DNA of 63,603 bases, the filler included, from Intoshia linei (taxonomy: Eukaryota > Animalia > Orthonectida), in NCBI GenBank assembly GCA_001642005.1. It is 5 parts of 5 records of this genome, joined end to end, with 100 filler letters (N's around TTAATTAATTAA, not from the genome) between each part and the next. Parts side by side here need not be neighbours in the genome. Positions count along the whole stretch, not along the records: positions 26,141 to 49,140 come from LWCA01000573.1; positions 49,241 to 62,337 come from LWCA01001035.1; 3 more parts are not named here. One strand, given 5' to 3'. The translations under genes and the position numbers were made by a program. The stretch's first letter is position 1. Every line of letters starts with the position of its first letter. The notes beneath the pieces are model-generated. The model saw only the letters and a program-made list of their open reading frames with translations. It was not told where the DNA came from and ran no database searches. This document shows positions 41,519 to 53,480 of the stretch, piece by piece.

Positions 41519-42109
41519 TTCTTATTCAATGAGTTTGAAATTTACACTTTTTAAATTATAAAATTTATTTCAAACATGACAATTCATGAAATTACACAAA
41601 ATAAACTTAGTATATTTGAAAAATTGAAACATAAAAACTGTTACATTGAAACCTTAGATATTTAAAATATTTTATTATAATTTTATTAATGTACGTTATT
41701 GACATGTAAATTGACGTTACTTGTTCTTTTTATAAGATTTTAGACTTGTTTAAATATAAAGTACTTACATGTAATACTTAATAATATAATACAATTTATT
41801 TAGTGATTTAATGATAACGAATTTTTTCAATTTACTTTAACAGGCAATTTTAACGTCTGACCAGTGAATTCGTGCTCGAATAATTTTAATTTTACCCTAA
41901 ATAAAATTGTATATTATGTAATGTATCCCCATCTAAAAGTTAAAATTTTCAACTTGAAAGTGGTTGAGTATATTGTTGAGTGGTGGTTGATGTGGTTGAG
42001 TTGAGTATATTATTAATATTTAATAATTTAGCAACCCACAAAAATATAAATTATAAATTAAAATATTTGTTTGTGTTTATATTAGTTACACCAACTAAAT
42101 ATATTAAAT
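41519..42109. promoter_or_regulatory. Probable bidirectional promoter CCDC6/CFAP44 with candidate RFX X-box GTTACATTGAAAC (41640-41652)
   Basis: Head-to-head start codons 591 bp apart and an imperfect GTT...AAC palindrome resembling an X-box. Confidence 0.45.
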
Positions 42110-45100
42110 ATGAGTTATGATTATGATAGTTTAGTTTCAACTGCACATTCATCGAATCCAGATGTATTTCACCCAAATATATACAACTTTAAGTAATTTT
42201 AATTTTTGACAATTTCTAAAATTAAAATAGACATTCATTGGGATATGATTGCAAAGGAAAGAAAAATTTGTGTATACTAGATGCTACTCATATTGGATAC
42301 ATTGCTGGGAATTATTTTATATCTCTAAATATCAAAACAAATGAAAAACTTTATATTCGATCCATGAGCGGACAGGGAATGTCATGTTTGGCTGTACTAT
42401 TTTCATTATTATATCATTTTAACATGTTCACATTTTCAAATAGATGAACCTAACACATCAAAACTTAGCCATTGGTGAAACCGGAGACATGCCAAATATC
42501 AATATTTTCAATCACACTGGTGGTAAAGACTTTAAATTGGTAAAACAACTTCATAGTGGCGCAATAAAAACCTATAGGTGCATGAATTTCAAGTAATGAA
42601 AATTTTGATTTTCAAAAAATTTACATTGTAAATTAGTTTGGAAGGAAATTTACTTGCTTCAGTCGGAGGAAATCCCGATTACATGTTGACTATATGGAAT
42701 TGGAAAGAAGAAATTATTATGCTTCGTTCTAAAGCCTTTTCACAAGATGTTTATAGAGTCAGTTTTTCCAGTGAATTGGATGGTCAATTAACTACATCTG
42801 GAATAAGTCATATAAAGTATGTTGTAAATACAGTAGTATCATTATAATAATAATATATAATTATATAGAAACATTTTAATATTGTTAATAGATTTTGGAA
42901 AATGGCATCCACATTTACTGGGTTAAAATTACAAGGAGAAGTTGGTAGATTTGGGAAAACGGAAATATCAGATATTGATGGCTATATAGAACTTCCAGAT
43001 GGAAAAGTATTGTCGGGATCAGAATGGGGTAATATGGTAATTTTTCTATTCAAATTATTGTAAAAACCTAACTTGATGGGAATTTTAAAATTTAAAAATT
43101 AAACATAATAAAAACAAGTATTCTTAATCCTACCGTCTGCAAACTTTGTAGTAAGATACCAAATATTGTTAGCTTATTTTTTAAAAATATTTAAAAGTTC
43201 AGCAAAAATAGAAAACGTTGTGCTGAGACCACAAAAAATTCAATTGGGAACAGAGGTGGAGACCATACCCCATTATATTCATTATTTAATTCATATGAAG
43301 AAAGTTTATTAAAAAGTTTAAAAATTTTTTAGATATTATGGGATGGAAGTTTGATAAAGGTTGAAATTTGTAGAAACGATAATAAATTTTGTCACAATGG
43401 AAAAATTATGCAGATACTTATGGATGAAGGAGAATTAATAACAATTGGTTCTGATGGATATATTAAGGTTTTTACTTTCTTTTGTGCTGTAGATTGGAAC
43501 ATTATTCAGTATAAAATATAAATCAGCATGTCCCATGGGATCACGGATTACAATAGTGAGTTTACGAAAATGTTGATATACTACTTTATATTACAATTGT
43601 ATATGTTGATTTAAATGTCAGCTTTCTAAAATATTGCTGCTAATTAAAAATTAGAGCATTCCTAGAAGGGTACCACTCACTGAATTTACTGTTATATTAG
43701 AATAATCTGTGCAAATTTGAATAGATTATAATAAATTTGATATAAAAAAAATTAGGGATAAGTTACAAAAATATTTTCAATTTGGGTATATTTACAGTAT
43801 GTTACTAAAAAGATGAAATATGGGTATATTTAGGAAGCCCTGATATGTAAAGTGTGCCATGTTTTCCAGTTTAACATGTTTTTTAGGTGTGGGACTTTGA
43901 AAAGATTGACAGTGCTGATGTATCGGATGGTTCTAGTTTTTTTCAAATGGAACCAATGAATGAAATGTTGGTCAATAAACATGCTCAAATTATGACGATT
44001 GAAAAATCGATTGATGAGTCATCGATTTGGTATGCTCAGGTAATATAAAATATGAAATAATGACAAACAATATACTATAGAATGTATAGTATACATTTTA
44101 AAAAATTTAATTATATATCAGTGATTCTCAATTGAGACGATATCTTTCACAAAGAGGTAATTTATCTTCTAGAAAGCGATTTTTTAATTTTATGATCACA
44201 ATTTATTTCATATTTACAAAAAAATTATAATTTTTGATATTACAATATTGTAATAGTAATTTACACAATTTGACATTGTGAAATTGTAACAATTGTTAAT
44301 TGTAAATTTCTATAAAATGTACATTTTATGAAATTATATAACAGTTGGAGACAACTACAGTAGTTTACATTAGTGAAATTAGAATTTGTTAATGTACGTT
44401 AATAGAAAATCCAAACATAGATATTGATGGTAGGAATTCTTAAAAATTCGTTATTCGATAATGGGGTTTTCCATTTCGATTGACTGTGTCAAAATTATGC
44501 ATTTTACATGCGATAAATTTATTTAATCCTAGAAAAAGTAAGGATAGACTGAAAAAAAGTAACTTCATGACAGCGATATGATTGGATGAAAATAATGTTT
44601 GATGAAATATTGGATGTTAGACGGGACATTTTTGAATTAAATTTTGACACGTAAAATCATGCACAAACATGTATTGGCAATGTCCATTTGACATGGAAAA
44701 CATACGGTCTAGACCGTACCTTACTAAAATATTCTTTTCTGAGTTTACTCATATTTTGGTATGCACCTGAGCGTAGTAGTTGAGAAACACTGATGCAAAA
44801 TATACATAATTTAAAAAATTGATGGGGAAGATGTGTTAATTTTTTGAATAAAATAGTTTAAAAGGGGACAACTGATTTATATGATCATCTAGGATAGTAA
44901 TGGAGGAATATGGAAGCTGGATTTGTCTTTTTCATTTACATCACTAGCTCCAGAAAAAATGTATTCTCATCACACGGGAATTGTAAAAGGGTGCTCTCCG
45001 TCGCCAAGTACTTATACCGTTGCAACCATTGGAGAAGATGGTAATTCAAAAATTTTTCATATCAATACAGTGGCTTTTCAATTCAATAATATTTATTTTA

Positions 45101-48100
45101 TATAGGTTCTCTTCGAGTTTATGACATATTAAATGGATCACTCATTGCAGAAACATTTTCTGCAAACAAAGGGACGAGTGTACTATGGATAGAAGAAAAT
45201 AGTGTAATTATTTTTAGACGAACTGTAGAATGATAACGTTACAAAAATATATAAAAACTAGGTTGACTGTTATGTACTACCTAAAAACAGCATTTAGCTC
45301 TGCCGAGGGCAAATTTTGACTCTACCAAAAAAATTTAACTTAAAAATCCTACTATTCACTATTATCAATCTCTTAAAGGAGTGGTTCCCAAACTTGTTTC
45401 AGGTGGAACCGTTATATCAAATTACTTTTTACTTTAAAGTGAATTATTCCATCTTAATTTTGTATTGTTAACATTTTCGTTAAGAATTTTAAAAACAATT
45501 GTTATCCCATTTATTAATTTATTAGACAGAATGTGTGTATAATATTAAAAATAAAGTAAAACCAGTCCAATCCTAAAAATTGTCATAAATAACATAAATT
45601 CCAGAAAAAATAAAATTTGTGAATGAAATTAAATGATATTAACAAAGTTGTTTTAGTTTGTTGTTGTAGTTTCTTATTTAAATAGCAATGTTTTTATAAA
45701 AATGTTTTGTAAATGAAACTTAAAAATTGCGTAGCAATGAAAAAAATTCCGAAGGAATAAATTATATAGATTTTCACCCATATGTCTTTATTGGAAATGT
45801 GTAGACATTCAATGCACATTTTTTTTGAAATTGTAGGATTAATATTTACATTTTCAATTTTTATTTAAATTGAAATATTTGAAAAATATTAGTTGATAAT
45901 ATATTAAAAATTATTGTCACCTGGAATGCGTAGATATCTGAGGTTGAAATTTTGTATTTATATCAACTGGAATAACCTTTATCAAAATATAGTTTTTTTT
46001 AATTTTCGGATGTTAATTATTTCACATTTTTTGTTAATAAAATATTTCGGAAAAAATTAATATATGAATACTAAAATGCTTTTTTGACCGTGAAGTCGTC
46101 ACTTATTCGGATTTGAATTTTTTATGTGTGTTAACAGGACCTGTACCACCTATAAATTTTTTTTTAAATTCTAGGGCTTTTTAATTGCTGTTTTCATTGA
46201 AAAATAAAGGGTAATTTGGGGTTTTGGGGTTTTGGCCTGAAGATATATTTTTTTAAATTTAAATTTATGATAATATTTATGATTTTTAAAATTCGTATCA
46301 GAGTATATATTTTTGTAAATTCTCGAACTCGTTTGATTTTCAAAAAAAAGACAATTGGGCTTTTTGACCCGTAAGATGTGAGTTTGTGAGGTTGAAATTT
46401 ATTTTGCTAATACCCCGTAAAACTGTAATTGAAATGTGGACTTTATGAAATTATAAGACTGGTAGTTGTTGAAATAAACGGTAACACACACACAAAAACC
46501 AATATTGTATAGCATTTTATATACAATGTATGTATGTAAGTAAGGATTTTCCAATACTAATAATTTGAAAAGTATAGTAAAAATCATTTTCATTTTTTAT
46601 TGCGCGGTAAGAGTACAGTGTATGTAATTTCTTTTGATATCTTTCTGTGTGTTCTACTTTTGCATAGTTCTGAAATGATGATATTGAGATATGTCAGGGA
46701 CCGATCATAAGAGCCGATAATATTAAATGTACTTAATGTTACAAATAATTATTCTACAGAATTAATATACCCCAGTGATTCCCAATTTGTCGGTATTTAC
46801 TTACCAGTGAGTAATTTGATATTTTTCATGGGTAATAGCGAAATTTGTTTTAGAAAATAGGAATTTTTTTATTTTTTTTGGTCAGTTGCACACTGTGCTT
46901 TGCACAGTAACGTATTATATAATTTTTCCTAAATGATATAATAATGTAATCATGTAATAAATGAACATCCTTTACTTGTATAAAATTGAATATCTGTGTG
47001 TGTATTATAATTTATTTAAAAAATTAAAAGTCGTATAATTAAAAAAACTAAATTCTAATACAATGTTTCCCAAGTGATATTTATATATAAGTATTATTTG
47101 CTAAAATTGAGACCTTCATCGTCAAAAACTAAATTTACCTTTTTTTATGAATAAAACCAACCCAAAAATATAAAAAAACATAAATCGTGGGATATTTACT
47201 AAAATCAACTTTTCTTAAAAAATTTCCAAAATCTGATAGTCACATATTCACGGTCAAAAAATCACTTTAATATTAATTTTTTTTATTTGGAAACTATATT
47301 CTTATTATCAAAAAAGTATAATTTTGTTTATACGTGAAAAAAATATAAATGGTGTTTATCTTATCTTAAACTAACATTTTGGAAAAGTCACAAAAAATTA
47401 AAAACACAAATTCTAAGTCAGTTTTTATAACGAGTAAGATATATTTCACTATCATAAATTTGCATCTTTACCGGCAAAAGCAAAATTTACTCCCATTACT
47501 GAAAAATAAAAATTTAAATATTCTTTCGACAATTTCAAAAAAAATCAGGAATTATTTTACTATTTTGTAAAATTAGTTTTTAATTTTAATTAAATTATTA
47601 AATATTCGATATGACTCTTATTCTAAAAACATGAGCAGCCAATATGAAGTTAAAAAAATATTGTTGGTAATATCAAAATAAGTACTATATATATAATATG
47701 GGTAATGTAGTAAAAAAAGTTTGGAAACACTGTCATACATGTAGATCAGTGATGGTAAAATGTGTGTTTCCGTGTTAAAAATACACACTTGACAAAATCT
47801 ACGCCCTAAAAATTACAAATAATTAATAAGGATAAACTCATCAAGAAATAGATTCCATGAGTAAACAAGGTTCACTTGCGTATTATTTAAAATTTAAATC
47901 TACAAGATTTGTTTAATAGAAATTTTCCTTTCCATTGAAAAATTTGGTGAAAAATGTTGCTCATTTTCTCACCTATAGAATTTTAGTAATAAATTTAGAT
48001 TTCGTTTCACTTAAAGGGCTTTTTTGGAGTAACAATTTTTTTATTAGAAAACACACCAGAAAATAATTTTCGAATAAAATGTCTAAAATTAACACACAAA

Positions 48101-49140
48101 TTTGATTTGATTGCCATCACTGATATAGATGTTTTATATTTTACAATTTTTAGAATAAACTACAGTTGTCATCCTATAAGGTCCTTACGATCGGCTTTCC
48201 AGGTCCCGCTTGATTATTCATATAATATTTTTTACGTATGTTGTATATTTTGACATATAAATTTAGATATTTAGTGAAAACTGTATAGCTAGTGGATATT
48301 CTGATGGTATATTAAGGTTTTTCACTTTGGACATTGGAAAAATAGACCCAAATAAAAGACTTTCAGAACATCACACAATGAAATATGCATTAAAGTTGAT
48401 TCATATTTGCAAACCGCATACAAGTGATATTGAGTATATTGCAACATTTTCTAAAAAATCAAATGGAAAAACATATATGGTGACATCATCAAAAGATAAA
48501 ACAATATTTCTATTTGAAATTGCAGAAAAAAAGTTGATACCGATAGGTTTCATAAACACTGAATCTGTAGTGACATTTGTAGATTGGAAAAATGACAAAA
48601 TTTTGGCAAGTTGTAAAGATGGAAGAGTATTAAAAATAGATGATATTAAATTTAGTGAAATTCACATCAAAGATACATTTTGTATAGATAAATGGTGTTC
48701 AAAAACGGTACATACATTCACAAGTATAAAATCCAAAGTAGAACATGCCTCTCTGCTTGAAAAAAAGGAAAAAGAAAATCTGGAACAAAGGAAAATAAAA
48801 AAAAAAGAATTGCAACGTAAAAGAGATTTAGGAGTAGAAATTGAAGACGAAGAAATCCAAAGCGAGTCAGAATCGATAAATGAATGGCGAGAATATATTC
48901 CTGCTGAACCTTCGTCCGTTTTATTTGGAATATGGGATTCTAATTCGTTTGATGAAGGCTACTATATTTCAATGGATAAATATGACGGTGGTTACTTATA
49001 CAAAAAATCATTTAATGCCCAGTATAACAAGAAGAATTTAATGAATAAAAACGTTTATTCTGGTTCAGAACCTATCGAAATTTTTCAAGCCACAAATGTG
49101 TCAATTTCTTGTTTTAATTTTGTCAACAACTTTGTGGTAT
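42110..49140 (+). CDS. CFAP44: Cilia- and flagella-associated protein 44 (WDR52), 5' part, truncated at contig end
   Basis: Spliced exons give HSLGYDC...[89 protein letters not shown] and [14 protein letters not shown] long exon from ~48268 ends in [13 protein letters not shown]. Confidence 0.95.
45258..46546 (-). mobile_element. Complete non-autonomous Helitron (~1.29 kb) in a CFAP44 intron
   Basis: The minus strand reads A|TCCTTACTTA...ACATAACAGTCAACCTAG|T: 5' TC, 3' CTAG, inserted between A and T, no TSD. The body is highly similar to 1-685 and to the reverse complement of 30410-31150. Confidence 0.85.
47747..48122. mobile_element. hAT-type MITE (376 bp) in CFAP44 intron
   Basis: TIR CAGTGATGG(T/C)AA. 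8-bp TSD ATGTAGAT / ATATAGAT (7/8). Confidence 0.8.
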
Positions 49141-51318
49141 NNNNNNNNNNNNNNNNNNNNNNNNNNNNNNNNNNNNNNNNNNNNTTAATTAATTAANNNN
49201 NNNNNNNNNNNNNNNNNNNNNNNNNNNNNNNNNNNNNNNNTGAATTAGTAACCACAGAATATGTAAAAAGCAATTATTATAATCTATTGAACAATACTGT
49301 ATATAAAAATTCATTCATATTGTAAAAATGTTACTCTGTTATCTGATCTTACAAAAAATTTAATTTTACCGACCTCACATGTAATATTAGCCAGTTATCA
49401 AACATTAATGAACAATTCCCACAAAATAGGGTTATACTTTTTATGTTTTATATACTTATTATAGTACACTGTGGATCGTTGTGAGAAACTACATGTGTAT
49501 ATGTGACAGAAAATATTATTCCTTATTTTAAATTTATAATTTTTAGAAGGTTAGCATACTATTTTAAATATTAAACAAAATCTATCAATTACTTATTATA
49601 CGTGATTATTTGAATTTCTCATCTTCTAAAACTTGAAAATTTATTATATTTTAACGAATTTTACTTGTGCAATGTACATTGAATATATAAAATAATATTC
49701 CTAGTATATAAAAAATTTGATTAAAATGTGGATATATTAATGTATTATATAGTAGTTTTTAAACTTAAAACTCAAATTAAAACCCCTCAAAAAATTTCTA
49801 AATCACTTAATGGATTAAAGATTTGATGATGGTAAAAAGCGAAGAGGGCAATTTGTGAAATTGAAAAAATTTTGAATTCTCAGTATTCAAGTGTACCACG
49901 AATCAGAGCCGAAATTATCTTACTCGAGGCCATTTTATAAATGATTTTTCAATACATTGCAATATTTATATTGTACAATATATTAATATGTAGTTATGTT
50001 ATATGTTTATTTCATATCGCAATTATTATAATACATTAATTGGTGTTCCAATAGATAGTAAATATAAAACATGAAATAAAAATTATAATATTTAAATGCA
50101 TATTAATATTCAATGAATTTATTCATTTTAGTAAGTAAATTATAATAAACTAATGTACCCTTTGAAAATATTATATTGAACACAATTAAATTATGTAATG
50201 TAATTCTAAACCTGTGTTTCCCAACATTTTTTACTATATTACCTATATTATAGTAATTATTTTGATATTACCCACTGTATTTTTTAACTGAATTTTGGAT
50301 TAAGCCAAAATAATCAATGTACAATAATTTATTGATATTACCTTCAATATATTTAAATTCAAATTAATTATAATATATACACTAATTACTAGTTACATTA
50401 CGTTATTTCATTGCATTAGAGGGTATTAATAAATTTACATTTTATGACGATATATATGAAATATTCATGACTACCTCGTATAATAAATATATTTAAAAAT
50501 AAATAATACATTACAATTTTTAATAGCTAAACGTAAATACACATTTCCAATCAACCATTTTTTGGTCATGTTATAATGATGATTTCAAAAAGTTTATAAC
50601 CTAAGCAAAATAATATATAAATGTATAATATAATATTAGTAGGTAATTATTTACATGATATCTACAAAAAAATAAAATTAATTGTCTACTTTAGTTAGTT
50701 AGTTATTTATGTCTATATAATATATTTATTTTTTTATAATTATAAATACATATTATTAATCGTAATGTTGTGAATATTAAAATAAAGTTTATTAATTTAT
50801 TCAATGTAGTAGGTAAACAAAATTAACGAATTTTATGATTGACTTCAGTTCTTTGTTATTATCTAATAAATTTTCACTAAGAATTTATTATATTATTAAA
50901 ATTTTACCAATGACTTTGCTGAAATTGCCATATACATTTTATAAATTAATAATACATTTATTTATTTTATTCAGTTAGTAAAATAATTTAAATAATATGG
51001 AATGTACTTTTTACTTTATTTCACTAATTAAATTAAATTGTAGACGGTAATATATCTACTTAAAAATAAGAATTTACATTATTATTAATTTTGATTGTAT
51101 AATTAATTTACATATATCACTATAATAAGCATTATTTAGGAATAAGTAAGTGATTTATATATTTTAAAATTAATGTAACAATTTTGCGTTTAACAACAAT
51201 TACACTACATATACATGTATATATATAATATACTATATAATATAATATATATGATATAATATACTCCAAGAATTTGCTCGAGTTTTTCTTGATCGATCTC
51301 TAAATTTTTCAGTGATAA

Positions 51319-53480
51319 CACTGGGCAACATTTTAACACTTTTAAAAAAATTTCTCTTAGCTTTTATTTTTAAATGATAAATCGAGTTATAAAATGTATA
51401 TTCTGAAAGAAAGGGAGAAACCTGTCTCCTAGTTACCGAAATAATATCACTTTAATATTGATTTATAAAGAGGATAATTGCATTTCTTATATCATTAAGC
51501 GAATTATTTTGGGTATCAAATATATTTTAAATACATAATTAAATATTGTGAATATAATGAAACTATAGAAATTTTAATTATACAATTATAATAATAAAAA
51601 AAAGGGCATAATTTACCCTAATCATAGGTTTTTTAAAGAATTTCTGCTACCTTTTTTTACAATACAATCTACATGAAAAGACAAAAATATAATCCCATTA
51701 CACAAAATTATTGACAACACGGATTTTTTTTAATTTATGTTTTAATAATGACAAATAAATAAAAAATATTAAATATAAAGTTCTTTTCATCGTAAATGTC
51801 TAAAATAAAATGTATAAATCTATATAGATCTGGATTTTATGAAAATGTTGTTACATTTATGATTTGGCAAAAAATATATTCTTGTTCAGGTGGAAATTAT
51901 TAAAAATAAATAAAACAGAAAAATGAATAACCTACTATGTTCACATTAATTAAAATAAAATTAACCTAAAACTTGACCTCCAACAATATTCACCGAGCAT
52001 ATTTATCATAGAGCCACTTTGAAAATTACGTTCAAAAGGTTTGAGAATTTGATATCTTTCGCCGTGCTCATCAGACCACGCACTACAATTATCGACAAAT
52101 GTTTTCGGGTGTGAATGTAACAGATGAATTTTAATGCTTAAGTAGCAATTAGCATCTCCGTATGACTTAATAAATTCTTTGATAATATTTTTATATGATA
52201 AATTGCGTTTGTTTCCCAAAAAATCTGAACATAATAATTTGAAGGAATTTCTTTTTGGATATTGGCAGAGATTCCGTAAATTCTTCTGATTTAAATAATT
52301 TTGTAAGTTCAGATCCGGTGACGATACCGTTTGAATATTTAGCATTTGTTAAATGTGCTAATACACACTTTAACGTGGGATTGATAGTTCTGAAAAGTTT
52401 ATTGGTGTGGCTCTCACGATATAACATTGTAAGAAATTAGCGTGCAAATCCTAACTTCAAGTGTAATGTAGGAGAAATTATTTTATTTTTTGGAATTAAA
52501 GGTATATTAATGCAATTGTATTCACCCACAACATGTTTTCGAACTGGCCAAGATTTTCTAGTATAGTGATCGTCCCTGTATCGTGAATCAAATAAGCTGT
52601 TCCGATTTTTTGCTTCTTGAGAAAATTTATATCTTCACTAAGTGTCTTGCTTTGGTCGAATTTGGCAACCTTCAATAAAGCATTTAAGTCATGCTTAAAA
52701 TTGTTTCATACATGAAAATTAGGATTTCTTAATGCATTTTTGTAATTTTATAATAAATATTTTAATTTAACATAAATACGTTCAATGCCTATTATATTTA
52801 ATTCAGTTTTACAATATATATCGAAAATCTCTCTTGCAATACCACGAAATGGCAATATTATGTTTTGATTCTTTTTTGACAATATTCTGCAAAAAACATT
52901 TTTATTAGTAGGTAGATTCTGTTCATTAAAAATGAAACCGACATATGGACCAACCAAAATATCTCTAATTCTTGCGGTCATTTTTGATATTTTAAAAGAT
53001 TGCAAAGAAATTGAATTGAAATTATTTTCGACAATAAGAGGAAAGGCTAAGCTGTACCACTTTGGATATATGCATACAATACATCAAAGTAACATGACCA
53101 CATTATACTGGAAATATGTAAGTTCTGGTTGTAAAGATAGAATAACATTCAATCATGATCTTGAAACAACAATTCATGCAAATAATATTAACTCTATATA
53201 AATATAAATTTATTTAATTAAATAATATAAAATTTAAATATAATTATCGACAAATGTGCAATTAAGAATTATTATGATACAATTATCATTTAAAATGACA
53301 AACGCAACTTGAATAGACAGCGTTAAATATTTTTGATTGCGAATTAATTTTTCGATTTTAAAAATACACACTTTTAATGCTAATTGCTCATCGAATTCTA
53401 AAATTTTCCAAAAAATGTGACACCCTAATATGCATATAATCTTATTTTTAAAAGAAAATTTTTTTCAGTGTTGTTCAGTG
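51319..53480 (-). mobile_element. Chapaev3-type (CMC superfamily) DNA transposon, defective, with hATm-like 5' segment
   Basis: TIRs CACTGGGCAACA (51319-51330) and TGTTGTTCAGTG (53469-53480) with a 3-bp TSD TAA on both sides. The transposase C-half reads LFDSR..DHYTRKSWP.R...PLIPKNKIISPTLHLKLG...FLGN...LSIKIHLLHSH...SDEHGER...MLGEYCW (~51950-52597), with stops and frameshifts. Confidence 0.85.
52598..53427 (-). mobile_element. hATm-like transposon 5' fragment (TAGGGTG terminus plus transposase N-terminus)
   Basis: Terminus TAGGGTGTCACA on the minus strand at 53416-53427. The ORF remnant LPTNKNVFCRIL...IAREIFDIYCK...IERIYVKLKYL...DLNALLKVA...EDINFLKKQK resembles hATm transposase N-termini. 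Confidence 0.6.

Noticed and set aside
16416-49140. A ciliary gene cluster FOXJ1-ZBBX-CFAP44
   Set aside because: FOXJ1 is on a different contig. Only ZBBX-like and CFAP44 are truly linked, with unrelated genes between them.
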